From: Candidatus Methanogaster sp.
Lineage (GTDB): Archaea > Halobacteriota > Methanosarcinia > Methanosarcinales > Methanogasteraceae
Direction: 5' to 3'
Assembly (NCBI GenBank): GCA_003194445.1
Contig: PQXF01000011.1
Location: 49,201-90,942, forward strand
DNA length: 41,742 nt
The position numbers and the translations under genes are program-made. Below are positions 1-9,163 of this stretch, one piece after another. The notes under the pieces are model-generated. The model searched no databases. It had not been told where the DNA came from and saw nothing but the letters and a program-made list of their open reading frames with translations. Position 1 is the stretch's first letter. The number at the start of each line of letters is the position of its first letter.

Positions 1-269
1 AGTGAAATTGACAAAAGAGGCAATGAAAATCTGCGAAGAGAGAATTGAAAGATCGGGAAATTTGCCAAAGTGGGATGTCACCATCGAGCCTGCATTCGGG
101 TAAGTTATTTATTGGGGCTTGCCCTATACTACAGCAGCGCTCACCCAGAGGCTTAAGCGTCGCGCAACCGCACAGCCGGAGGTGCAAGCGCGGATGATGC
201 CCCATCCGAATTGTGCCACTTGTGCTGGCAGACCAATGCCCTTTTAACCCTGGAGACTACCATTAGACA

Positions 270-470
270 TTGGTGATAACGATGAAACTGAAAATGGTAC
301 ATAGGAGGGATGCGTCGGGGAGAGGAATGTTCAAATCACTCGGAGAAGATATGATTGCGGAGGAAAGGGCGTCAGAAGAAGAACTCTCCGAGATACATAA
401 ATTGAAGGATGAATCCATGAGTGGGATGCACGTAGAATGGGGAAAATTAAAAAAAGAACTGTCTTTGTGA
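270..470 (+). CDS. putative small acidic antitoxin partner of the downstream RelE/ParE-like toxin
   Basis: 66-aa ORF ending 6 nt before the RelE-like ORF on the same strand; glutamate-rich small protein; assignment by position only. Confidence 0.3.
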   Translation: MVITMKLKMVHRRDASGRGMFKSLGEDMIAEERASEEELSEIHKLKDESMSGMHVEWGKLKKELSL

Positions 471-476
471 GATTTC

Positions 477-737
477 ATGTACGACATAGTTGTTCACAGG
501 AACGTTGCTAAAAATGTTAAAAATATTCCAAAACTGCATTTGAGAAAACTATCCTTGCTATTGGAAGTTCTAAAGACGAATCAACTTCCATACATAGAAT
601 TCGACTTGAAAAAGATAAGGGGCACAGATGCCACATACAGGGTTTGGATTGGAGCTTATAGGGTCGTTTATTTCGTTGAAGAGAAGGCGAAAACTGTACA
701 CATCTTGAAATTTGAACACAGAGAGAAAGTTTATTAG
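477..737 (+). CDS. type II toxin, RelE/ParE family
   Basis: 86 aa; C-terminal YRVWIGAYRVVYFVEEKAKTVHILKFEHREKVY matches the RelE/ParE signature (RxG.YRiiY...v.il.i.hR); small size and tandem partner gene. Confidence 0.6.
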   Translation: MYDIVVHRNVAKNVKNIPKLHLRKLSLLLEVLKTNQLPYIEFDLKKIRGTDATYRVWIGAYRVVYFVEEKAKTVHILKFEHREKVY

Positions 738-936
738 AATCATACATGTTTTATAGTATTGGTATGAATAATGCTACGTGTAGTGAACTATCGGGACGAA
801 TCCTCACGATTTTATCTGGTGCATATAATCTACAAACTGAAAAAGAAGGATGGGTATTTACTCAAAAAGGACGTTTTGTGTGAGCTGATTGGTGCGTGCC
901 GATGACTGCCCGCCGCGGGGCGTGCGCGAAAACCCT

Positions 937-2199
937 TCACCCGCTCCCGTACTCCGCAGCCCACCCCTCGTACATCTCGACATCCTGCTCCTTCACCGCG
1001 CCCCTCATCGACTCAAACGACTTCTCGAAGTCCCCCGCGGTCAGTTCACGCACCTTAAGCCTGTACTCCCGTATCGCATCGACCGGCTTGTCAGCAAGGC
1101 TTTCGAGCGCGGGATTCTCTGAGCGCACCATGTTCCATATCGCATCGTTGCACAGCGTTGCGATGTCCCTTCCCGCAAACAGGTTTCCGGTGCACCTCTC
1201 TGCGACCTCGTCAAGAATCCGTTCATCGAGTTTGAGCCCGTTCTTTATCGTGTGAATCCTGATGATCTCCAGACACGCCTCTTTGTCTGGCAGTGGTATG
1301 TGTATCCGTTTCGGAAACCTGCTTAGGACCGCGCTGTCGATGTCCCATGGCGTGTTCGTCGCTGCCATCGTGAGAACGAAACTGCCGGAATCCTTATCCT
1401 GCAACCCGTCAAGCTCGGATAGCAACGTCGATAAGACGCGGCGCGAGGATTCCGCAACTTCTCCGGATCTGCTAAGCGCAATCGAGTCGAATTCATCCAG
1501 AAAGACGATGGAGGGAGCCTTCTTCCGTCCAACGCTGTAGAGTGCGGATACAAGTTTCGATGACTCGCCAAAGTATTTTGAGAGGACCTGCCCGACCTTG
1601 ACGTTAAAGAACGTTGCATCCAGCGATCCCGCAGTAGCAGCAGCAAGAAGCGTCTTACCAGTCCCTGGCGGTCCGAAGAGGAGGATGCCTTTCCACGGCT
1701 TGATCGCTTCCGGTTTCTCCTCGATTATACTCAGCACAACAGACTCCTTAATCGTCTGTTTTACGCCATCCAGTCCGCCTATACCGTCCCATGTTATCCC
1801 GCTCGTTGCGATGAGGTTCTCTTCGACATACCTCTCGAACCCCTCCTCTTCCCCCTTGCCGGATTCAGCCTCGTCCGCAGCGGTATTATCATTGCCGCGA
1901 CCATACACCTCTTCGCTTGTCCGGTACTCTTTTGGCTTGCTTTTTACAGGGATTATGCCTTTCTCAAGTTCTTTTCCAACCGATGTGTAGTTTTTGGCGA
2001 GTGTCAGGCGTTTCTCTTTCAGTTTATCGCTTTCAGTTACGCTGGCAAGCTTCCCCATTGCTCTGCCAGCCTTCAAAAAAGCGTTTGCTGCAGCAGGATA
2101 ATCCTCATCCGCCATCGCCTTCTCGGAAATTTCCTTGTACTTCTTGAATTCGTTGTGCTGGATCGTTTCGATTTCGCCTATATATCCAATTCTAAGCAC
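937..2199 (-). CDS. Vps4/CdvC-like AAA+ ATPase with N-terminal MIT domain
   Basis: 420 aa; Walker A GPPGTGKT; Walker B VFLDEFD; second region of homology ...ATNTPWDIDSAV; N-terminal three-helix MIT-like segment (EDYPAAANAFLKAGRAM); Vps4-type C-terminal helices. Confidence 0.75.
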   Translation of the reverse strand: MLRIGYIGEIETIQHNEFKKYKEISEKAMADEDYPAAANAFLKAGRAMGKLASVTESDKLKEKRLTLAKNYTSVGKELEKGIIPVKSKPKEYRTSEEVYGRGNDNTAADEAESGKGEEEGFERYVEENLIATSGITWDGIGGLDGVKQTIKESVVLSIIEEKPEAIKPWKGILLFGPPGTGKTLLAAATAGSLDATFFNVKVGQVLSKYFGESSKLVSALYSVGRKKAPSIVFLDEFDSIALSRSGEVAESSRRVLSTLLSELDGLQDKDSGSFVLTMAATNTPWDIDSAVLSRFPKRIHIPLPDKEACLEIIRIHTIKNGLKLDERILDEVAERCTGNLFAGRDIATLCNDAIWNMVRSENPALESLADKPVDAIREYRLKVRELTAGDFEKSFESMRGAVKEQDVEMYEGWAAEYGSG

Positions 2200-2274
2200 C
2201 TCCAGCTATTGGAGAGCATCAGCATGGTCGCATAATCTCTCGACAATTAAGAGTTAGCTCTATTGTGAATTCTT

Positions 2275-2889
2275 TCAGACCTGTGCCTCTTCTTCCCTCT
2301 TCACAACCATCTTATCTGTCGATTTCTCGATTTCTTTGAAGAATTCGTCCTCATCCATCTCGCCGGATTCGAGCTCATCCCACATCTCAAGTGCTTGCTT
2401 TGTCTCCTCTGAGAGTTGTTCTCCGCCAAATATGCCGACCATGGCGCCCTCGAGTTCTGATAGCTTGTCCTGCTTCATCATGTCTTCAACCGCAAAATCG
2501 CTTGCAATCTCTGTCACGCGGTCAACATCCATATCAAAGATGCGGTTTGCTACCGTGCTCGCCTGCTTTGCGTTCTTCTGCTCAATCATGAATTCAAGCA
2601 TGTTCAGAGCCTTTTTCTGGCTCATGAGACCCTCATGGGATTTTTGCAGCTGCATCTTCTTCTTCTTTAAGACGTCAAGCTCCACCGCAAGATTGATCTT
2701 TGTCTCTTTACTCTGACCCTTGCCCTTCTGGATCGTCTTGAGCAGTTTGTCATTGGCATCCTCAATCTCGTCGCGCTTGATGCTTGCAAGCCGGTCTACC
2801 TTCAGCTGGTCTCGTTTGATCTCGTCGGCCGATACTTTCAGCGGATCCTTCTTGAATCGGTCTTTTGCCCATTTTCCAAAGTTTACCAT
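2275..2889 (-). CDS. ESCRT-III/Snf7 (CdvB)-like coiled-coil protein, alternatively PspA/IM30 superfamily
   Basis: 204 aa; N-terminus MVNFGKWAKDRFKK (MxxFGK plus basic patch typical of ESCRT-III); long helical core; strongly acidic C-terminus (EMWDELESGEMDEDEFF); lies 76 nt upstream of, and co-directional with, the MIT-AAA ATPase. Confidence 0.55.
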   Translation of the reverse strand: MVNFGKWAKDRFKKDPLKVSADEIKRDQLKVDRLASIKRDEIEDANDKLLKTIQKGKGQSKETKINLAVELDVLKKKKMQLQKSHEGLMSQKKALNMLEFMIEQKNAKQASTVANRIFDMDVDRVTEIASDFAVEDMMKQDKLSELEGAMVGIFGGEQLSEETKQALEMWDELESGEMDEDEFFKEIEKSTDKMVVKREEEAQV

Positions 2890-2988
2890 GTTAGTTCACC
2901 TCAATTGTTAACATACCACCATACCCCCATAATAGTTATTACGGACAACTGTGATATAAATAGTAACGTTACAGGAATCTTGTAACTC

Positions 2989-3576
2989 ATGTCAGACAAG
3001 GAATCGTTGATGAAACTGTGCAAAACGCTTGGCAGAAAGAAACGTGTGGATGTGCTGGACAAGCTTTCATCAGGGTCGTGTCGAAATGTGGAGATAGCAC
3101 GCACCCTTGACCTTGACAGGACCCGTGTGTCAGAGGCGTTATCCGAGCTTACAGACGCAAGGCTCGTCGTTAAGTTCGAACGAGACGCAATCATCGGCGA
3201 GAAGCACACGCTGTATGTGGCAACACCATTTGGTGGCGAGGTTCTTGGCATCAGCGAGAAACTCGGCAGATTGAGAGAATCATTTCCAGGCACGGTGCTC
3301 GATTTCGGTGATGGGGTCGCTTACATCCTCAAGTACTATATGGAGATTGATGCGCTCGAAGTTGCGCACGAGACTGTGATGACGCGAAAGGGGCGAAAAG
3401 TCAGCCTTGAGATCATGCGGGAGCCGTGCGAGAAGAAGAATTGCGAGATAACGTGTGATCCGATAATAAAGAATGTTGTGCGCAAGTTTGGCAAGATCGA
3501 TAAGTATGAACGGGGACCCGTCGGGGGGAAGTGCTGTTTTGGTGTGACGTTCTGGTATAAAGAGCAGAAAGGCTGA
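2989..3576 (+). CDS. winged-helix (ArsR/MarR-like) transcriptional regulator with Cys-rich C-terminal domain
   Basis: 195 aa; N-terminal HTH-like segment (RNVEIARTLDLDRTRVSEALSELTDARLV); C-terminal cysteine cluster (CEKKNCEITCD...GKCCFG). Confidence 0.45.
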   Translation: MSDKESLMKLCKTLGRKKRVDVLDKLSSGSCRNVEIARTLDLDRTRVSEALSELTDARLVVKFERDAIIGEKHTLYVATPFGGEVLGISEKLGRLRESFPGTVLDFGDGVAYILKYYMEIDALEVAHETVMTRKGRKVSLEIMREPCEKKNCEITCDPIIKNVVRKFGKIDKYERGPVGGKCCFGVTFWYKEQKG

Positions 3577-3584
3577 AAAGAGGA

Positions 3585-3989
3585 TTATTCAAGATCTTTT
3601 CCGTGCTGTTGGATGCTGTTTAAAACTTCCTTGATGTACTTGATTTCGCAATCGAGTTCCTTCTCGAGTCGTTCTTCATCAGGCGGCAGCATTTCAGAGA
3701 TGTTGTTTACGAAAGCCTCATGCAGGGTTTTGGAGATCAAGTCCCTGGCAAGTACATCAACCATTGTTATAATCTCCCCATGATTCAGAACGCTTCCGTC
3801 CAATTCCATCAGAATGGTTCCGGTATCCTCAAGTTCGGTTATGATACTTCTTTTTACGTATGTGAGGTCGCCCTGTCCAAGATCAGGGAAGTCGAGGTCC
3901 ATTTTCCTGTCGAGAAATAGGTCGGCTACGGTTTTGGTTCTTTCGTATCCTATGATATCCGCCCACTCGTCCAGTATCTTTGCATTCAT
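3585..3989 (-). CDS. hypothetical protein
   Basis: 134-aa ORF with protein-like composition, convergent with the regulator gene; no recognisable motif. Confidence 0.35.
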   Translation of the reverse strand: MNAKILDEWADIIGYERTKTVADLFLDRKMDLDFPDLGQGDLTYVKRSIITELEDTGTILMELDGSVLNHGEIITMVDVLARDLISKTLHEAFVNNISEMLPPDEERLEKELDCEIKYIKEVLNSIQQHGKDLE

Positions 3990-4159
3990 GATTTTTTAGT
4001 TTTGATTAAGTGGAATATAAGATATGTTACGGGAACTCTGGAATATGCTTCCGGTTTTGCAGGGTGTGTGTTGCTGTTCATTCACCCCAAACTTCGCTTT
4101 GCAGTTCATCGCCGCAGATACGGGGCAACACACCGATTGCGCTATGGGTGGATAGTAGC

Positions 4160-4411
4160 TCATTTGACTATCATTGAGCTGCGAATCATTTTATTATGTA
4201 ACAGGGGTTCAAGAATCTCTGACGCATGCAATATCTCAATCCCCATAATTTCTTTACGCGTATTTAATTCTATTGAGACGCCATCCGCAACCTCAACGAA
4301 TTCCTCTTCCGCACCCTCTTTCATAAAACTGTAAAGCGTGTCACTCCCGACATCATAATCAACCTTCGGTCTTTCCTTTATTCCTCTCATCATATCCATA
4401 TTCTCATCCAC
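4160..4411 (-). CDS. hypothetical small protein downstream of the SWIM gene
   Basis: 83-aa ORF 21 nt downstream of the SWIM-protein ORF on the same strand; no motif recognised. Confidence 0.25.
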   Translation of the reverse strand: MDENMDMMRGIKERPKVDYDVGSDTLYSFMKEGAEEEFVEVADGVSIELNTRKEIMGIEILHASEILEPLLHNKMIRSSMIVK

Positions 4412-4431
4412 CTATCCCCCACTCCTCCGCT

Positions 4432-6009
4432 CTACCCCACCATCTCAACAACGCCCTTCCGCCGCTTCAACACCACCCCTCGCCTCTTAAACTCCTTCCA
4501 GAGATTTATCTTTCTAAAATGCTGATCATAAACCCCCTTCACATATTCTCTCCATTCAGCATCAGAAACGATCCTCCTAAGCAAGAAGACACAATCCGCT
4601 GCCTTCTCATAAGAATAGCCCCCCATCGCCTCGATTAGCGATGCGGCAAGCGCTTTCAACTCGCCCCCCACCTCATCAGGATATTCATCCACCAGATACG
4701 ACAGTAGTTCCAATTTCGATTCCACACCGAAACTGCGAGTTCTCTCTTTCCCGATCAACCTCCGCAGAAGCCCTTTATCCCCCAGTTCCATGCCGGAATC
4801 GACACAGACATCATAACACTGTGTGGAATAGCAAACCTCAAACAGATCGCGCAAAGCATCCTCGGTTCCGGATTTATCCAGCGCTCCTCCCTTCTTTATC
4901 GAATCAAGAACGATCATGTAGAAATATGAACTCGGCTCCAATCGAGCCCCGGGAGGTCCTTCCCCTGCCACTTTCGAAAAGAGACCCACCGCCTCATCGT
5001 GCACACCGGTCTCGTTGTAATATCGTATCAAACTGGAATGAAAACCTTTTCTGTGGGCAAACTCTATCGCAGCCTCTTTATCAATCCGCAGATATGATCT
5101 GAACCTGTTCTCATAAAACAGAGATTTTCCTTCCTCTATTAACTCCCTGGCTTCATCACCAAGTCCGCAGTTTATCAGAAAATCCACATAAGTCTGTTCA
5201 TTCAGAAATTCCCGGATATATTCCTTAAACTCAACTAAAACCTTCCCATTCTCCCCCTCAGCCATCCTATAGAAGAACGGGCCGAGCATATCATAATTAT
5301 CCACCCCCCGTAGCTCCTCCAACCGTCCAAAGTCGGAAGCCTCCAGCCTTTTCCTCACAAACGCGTCGCACAGGTTCAAGAATATCTCATCGCCGAAGTA
5401 ATCATCCGAATAATCATCGTAAAAACAGCCATACTCTTCAGAGTTGTTCACAAGAAACTCCAGTATGTAGAATATCTGCTCTTTCGTGAGCAGTGCCTCA
5501 TTGAATCGTATTAATCCCGAAAGATCGTCCGCAAATCCTTTGTCCGCATACCCATAATCCACAATGCGCCGCAGCATCGATCGTATCTGCTTGTCGAGTG
5601 CCTTGATCTGCGCCTCATCTGCCCCTTCTCCGCCACTCGCCGGATAGACCTGCAGATACATCAGGCTCGAGGGGTTCAGGCGCACAAATTCTTCCACGAC
5701 CTTCAGGAGTTCGTCTCGATCCATCTCTTCCACCCGTTCCATGATCTCATCGCAATCGACGTACCCTCCGTCCGAGTACTGGAGGAGCACAGCAACGCCA
5801 TGCTTGCAATTTCCCGCGTAAGGACAGGAGCAGTCGCATCCCAGACCGTTCAGATCCACCTCGGTCGTATATCCATGAGTCCCTGAAACCTCTCCAATCA
5901 GCCTCCCGCGAAACTTTATTACGTTCGTGACTCGCCCTTCCCGGAAGTACCCGAGACCGCGCTCGAAGATCGTCTCGCCATAAGCCCGTATTATCTTGCT
6001 CTCGTTCAT
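4432..6009 (-). CDS. SWIM zinc-finger domain protein
   Basis: 525 aa; N-terminal CxCx(n)CxH SWIM signature (GCDCSCPYAGNCKHGVAVLL) preceded by a beta-strand region; long helical C-terminal region. Confidence 0.6.
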   Translation of the reverse strand: MNESKIIRAYGETIFERGLGYFREGRVTNVIKFRGRLIGEVSGTHGYTTEVDLNGLGCDCSCPYAGNCKHGVAVLLQYSDGGYVDCDEIMERVEEMDRDELLKVVEEFVRLNPSSLMYLQVYPASGGEGADEAQIKALDKQIRSMLRRIVDYGYADKGFADDLSGLIRFNEALLTKEQIFYILEFLVNNSEEYGCFYDDYSDDYFGDEIFLNLCDAFVRKRLEASDFGRLEELRGVDNYDMLGPFFYRMAEGENGKVLVEFKEYIREFLNEQTYVDFLINCGLGDEARELIEEGKSLFYENRFRSYLRIDKEAAIEFAHRKGFHSSLIRYYNETGVHDEAVGLFSKVAGEGPPGARLEPSSYFYMIVLDSIKKGGALDKSGTEDALRDLFEVCYSTQCYDVCVDSGMELGDKGLLRRLIGKERTRSFGVESKLELLSYLVDEYPDEVGGELKALAASLIEAMGGYSYEKAADCVFLLRRIVSDAEWREYVKGVYDQHFRKINLWKEFKRRGVVLKRRKGVVEMVG

Positions 6010-6281
6010 GCAATCGACCGTATCATACCCATCTGTAGCCGGATTTTATAAGCGTATCCCACATCCCGTACCATCCATCTTCGAACAGCCTGATCGCTAC
6101 CCCGATCCATATATCTCACACTTTCGAGCCACCAATGCCTACACGATCAAATGCCGCTTTTCACCTTCAGCAATCCCTTCGCCTCTTCCTCAATACACAA
6201 CCCCTGTCGACGCACGCTCAATCCGAACCATATCTCCAACCCCCACACCCAGCGCATCCCGCACCACCCGATTGACCTTGA

Positions 6282-8044
6282 TCACGCCCGGGAAGTCACC
6301 ACCATCACCATCGTCATCCAGCGGCTGAACCGTCCCAAGATGCCCCGCTCACCAAACACAATTCTCGCACGATCGATCCTTTGCAGACCCAGCCGCTCCA
6401 TCACGTCCGGATGAACCCGCACAGCATTGTCATATCTGTCCAACGGATGTGGATGATCAACCTTAAGCAGTATCTCGACCGCCCGGCTGTGAATCGCTTC
6501 GAGTACGCCAGTCGGAATTCCAGTCTTAATCGATAACGTCAGAAACTCCTTTCTGAGCCGCTCTCCGGTAACACCAGCCAATCGTTCCTGTATTCGACCC
6601 AGATCCTCTGGCGATATGTCAAACCTCTCCGAAAGATTCTCTTGATCCCCTACTTCATGCGTCGGCATCTCAGCCCTTTCAACCACCCCCTCAGACGCTT
6701 GCGGTACACCATCACGACGAGGCAAACTGGAAAGTGCCTGCTCCACGTGAGCCCTTATCCCTGTGAGTTCAGTCTTCGCCTTCGCCACCTCGTACATCGC
6801 CCCCGCCTTCGCATAATGGCGAAATGCCGCATCACGATCCCCGTTATGCATCAGAAAATCAGCAAGCAGCGTCTCCTGATGACCAGAGAAAATGCCCTCA
6901 AGCGCGCCCACCTCCTTTGCAACCCCGGCAGCACCATGTTCCTCGAAATACGGCTTGCATGTCCCAAAACAGGATGTGGCTTGATCGATCTCTGATTGCA
7001 GCAGGTGGAGGTTGTCGTGCTTCCGGTCTGAAACCAGATGCATCACTCGCGTGAGGTGCGCCCAGCCCATGCAGAAATTACTGCTCGCAAAAAACCCCTC
7101 TCTGGACTCGTTCGACGCTGCATGGATTCCTGCATCGCGGTACATCTTCGCAGCTTTGGTAAATCGCTGCTCAGACGCCTGATAATCTCTCTCGCCAAAC
7201 GATTCCGCTGCCTTCTTCTCAAGATACATCGCCATTGCAAGCGGGGTCTTTGTTGTTACCACCTGCTTTTTCGCTGTCACTATCAGATGATCAGCGATCG
7301 ATATTCGTAGATACTCCGGAACGTCCAGCCCATATTTCTCCTTGAAGTGTTCCACCATTCCCGCAGGGAGCGTTCCGAACGCGGCGGATGGGGCGGTCGG
7401 ATCCATCGGCAGCGTTTTCTCTCCCGCCCCCACCGGCAGCTCAACATACACATGCTCCGGAAGGATCACAAGGATCGGCTCAAACCCGATTGACCCGAGC
7501 ATTGCAGCAAGCAGGATGGACTGGTCGTCACAGTCGCCGGCACCGACCTCCAGAGTCCGTGCAGCTGGCTCTGAAGTACTCGCCTGCCGGATCGTTGATG
7601 TAGGCGACCTGGTCCCGCACCCACAGAAAGATTACGTCCACAATTTCAAGGAGATCGTCGTCAGACATTCCCTTGATGTTAAGCGGAGCACTGTACACGT
7701 CTCTTGCAAGTTCGAATGATTTCTTTCGTACAACCGGATCCCTCGAACCCTTCTTGACCTCTTCGATCATCTCCGCGATCCTGAGTATCTTCTTCGAAGG
7801 GATGTAACTCGTAGAGCCACAATAGGTATAATCGACCTGCGCTGTTCCTGATGATATCTCATAGCTCCAGTTTTTCGTCGATCTTTGAGCCAGCCTTGTG
7901 GAGGATTGCAGCGAGAACACCACTGACCCGACCGGCGACCTCAAAGAATGCGTCGAACTCTCCTGACTCCTGCAAAGCGTACTGGTACTCGGATTCGATG
8001 GATTCGATCCATTTTAGATGCTGATTTATGATTTCTGTGTCCAT
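6282..8044 (-). pseudogene. transglutaminase-like cysteine protease gene interrupted by frameshift(s)
   Basis: In the third reading frame of the minus strand the sequence reads GAGDCDDQSILLAAMLGSIGFEPILV. This is the transglutaminase-core catalytic Cys motif, and it runs directly into ORF 6282..7502. The upstream conserved part (VRDQVAYINDPAGEYFRAS) sits in a different frame (ORF 7528..7944), with the switch near 7545-7560. A further ORF (7859..8044) in a third frame may be the N-terminus. Confidence 0.45.
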
Positions 8045-8156
8045 GGGGAACCGCTCTCCGTGTTCAATTGCTATTGGTTCGTGTAGAATTCTTCGTCGCT
8101 CGCCCCGGCGATTCCGCTGCTGTTCTTGGTTGCGGTGACATAGAAATTGAGCGATT

Positions 8157-8439
8157 CATTCGAACCCTCGTAACTTTTTGTAAGTTCCTTCCGACCTTTT
8201 TGCAATCTTTATCACGTTGATTTCCTTTTTCTCCCAATCGATGGCATAAATAATTCGGTAACTTGAGATTCTCGCCCTGTAAACATCATGCATGCCGCTA
8301 ATCTTTTTAAGATCGTATTTTTTACTGGAAGCGGAGAGATTTTAAGATTTAATAGAAATTTTTTTATTCTTTCTGCTATCTGTTTGTCAAACTTTTGTAA
8401 CGTCTTCAGTGATTTACTGCTCAGATAGACTTCAAACAT
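8157..8439 (-). pseudogene. RelE/ParE-family toxin disrupted by a frameshift
   Basis: The N-terminal part (MFEVYLSSKSLKTLQKFDKQIAERIKKFL) is in one frame and the RelE C-terminal core (KKISGMHDVYRARISSYRIIYAIDWEKKEINVIKIAKRSEGTY) is in another. The switch is around 8335-8350, next to an A/T homopolymer. Confidence 0.5.
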
Positions 8440-8441
8440 TA

Positions 8442-8630
8442 TTATAGTTCAGCAAGAATATCATCAAGTTTAAATCTCCTGCCCATCTCCATCTCTTTTT
8501 CGATCATCAGAATCTCCGACATCTCTTCACTGCTTACTTTCTCTTCGGGGATGAGTGAGTATCTTATCACCGACACTTCCGCCCTTAACTCTTTTAACTC
8601 GTCGTAAACCATTTTCATAGATACTTCCAT
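8442..8630 (-). CDS. putative antitoxin of the RelE-type module
   Basis: 62-aa acidic ORF ending 3 nt upstream of the toxin gene start, same strand; positional inference. Confidence 0.4.
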   Translation of the reverse strand: MEVSMKMVYDELKELRAEVSVIRYSLIPEEKVSSEEMSEILMIEKEMEMGRRFKLDDILAEL

Positions 8631-8824
8631 ATCAGCTACCTCTTTTTAGTTATACGCCACAAAGGTATATAATGCTGCACCTGCCCAGACCTACCGAATC
8701 TGAGCCACCGATGGTTTAGATTGCCTCTCCCGAATCAAAGTCTCCGCCATCGAGATCGCTTCGGTGCACGACGCTGCCTTTGACATTCACCTCAGCACTA
8801 GGGTGATGAAAAGATGTGTCTACC

Positions 8825-9137
8825 CCAAACTGAATCGGTCCCATTTTTGTTCCGTTCCGGTACTGGGACAAAAGCATCGCTCCAGGTAGATTGAACTGAT
8901 TGCCACTGGTTTTTCTTGCACCGTGAAAGAATTGGACTGATATTTGAGGTTCATAATTGGACTAATGAAACTACTATACCAAACTGATCCCATTTTTGTT
9001 TCTTCAGTACTTGATCCAAAGATCTTACAGTATGTGATCACTCATCGATATTTGTGAAACACGCCGTATTCAGCACGCCATTTATCCATTGTCTATTGCG
9101 GACGGGGTGACAAAAAGGAACAAAAATGGGATCAATC
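8825..9137. repeat. intergenic repeat cluster: two direct ~40-nt imperfect copies and one inverted partial copy sharing the core GATCCCATTTTTGTT
   Basis: 8825-8853 ccaaactgaatcggtcccatttttgttcc; 8979-9002 ccaaactgatcccatttttgtttc; 9117-9137 reverse complement gattgatcccatttttgttcc. Confidence 0.5.
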
Positions 9138-9163
9138 TAACAGGCTGGATGAACGTCTTTTCA

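Noticed and set aside
1-104. Partial + strand ORF ending at 104 (...EAMKICEERIERSGNLPKWDVTIEPAFG)
   Set aside because: Only 34 codons of a C-terminus with no recognisable motif; cannot be supported as a gene from this window alone.
8820-9041. 73-aa ORF in the intergenic repeat region
   Set aside because: Its internally repeated peptide (TEETKMGSVW / TGTEQKWDRF) simply translates the duplicated DNA motif; more likely noncoding.
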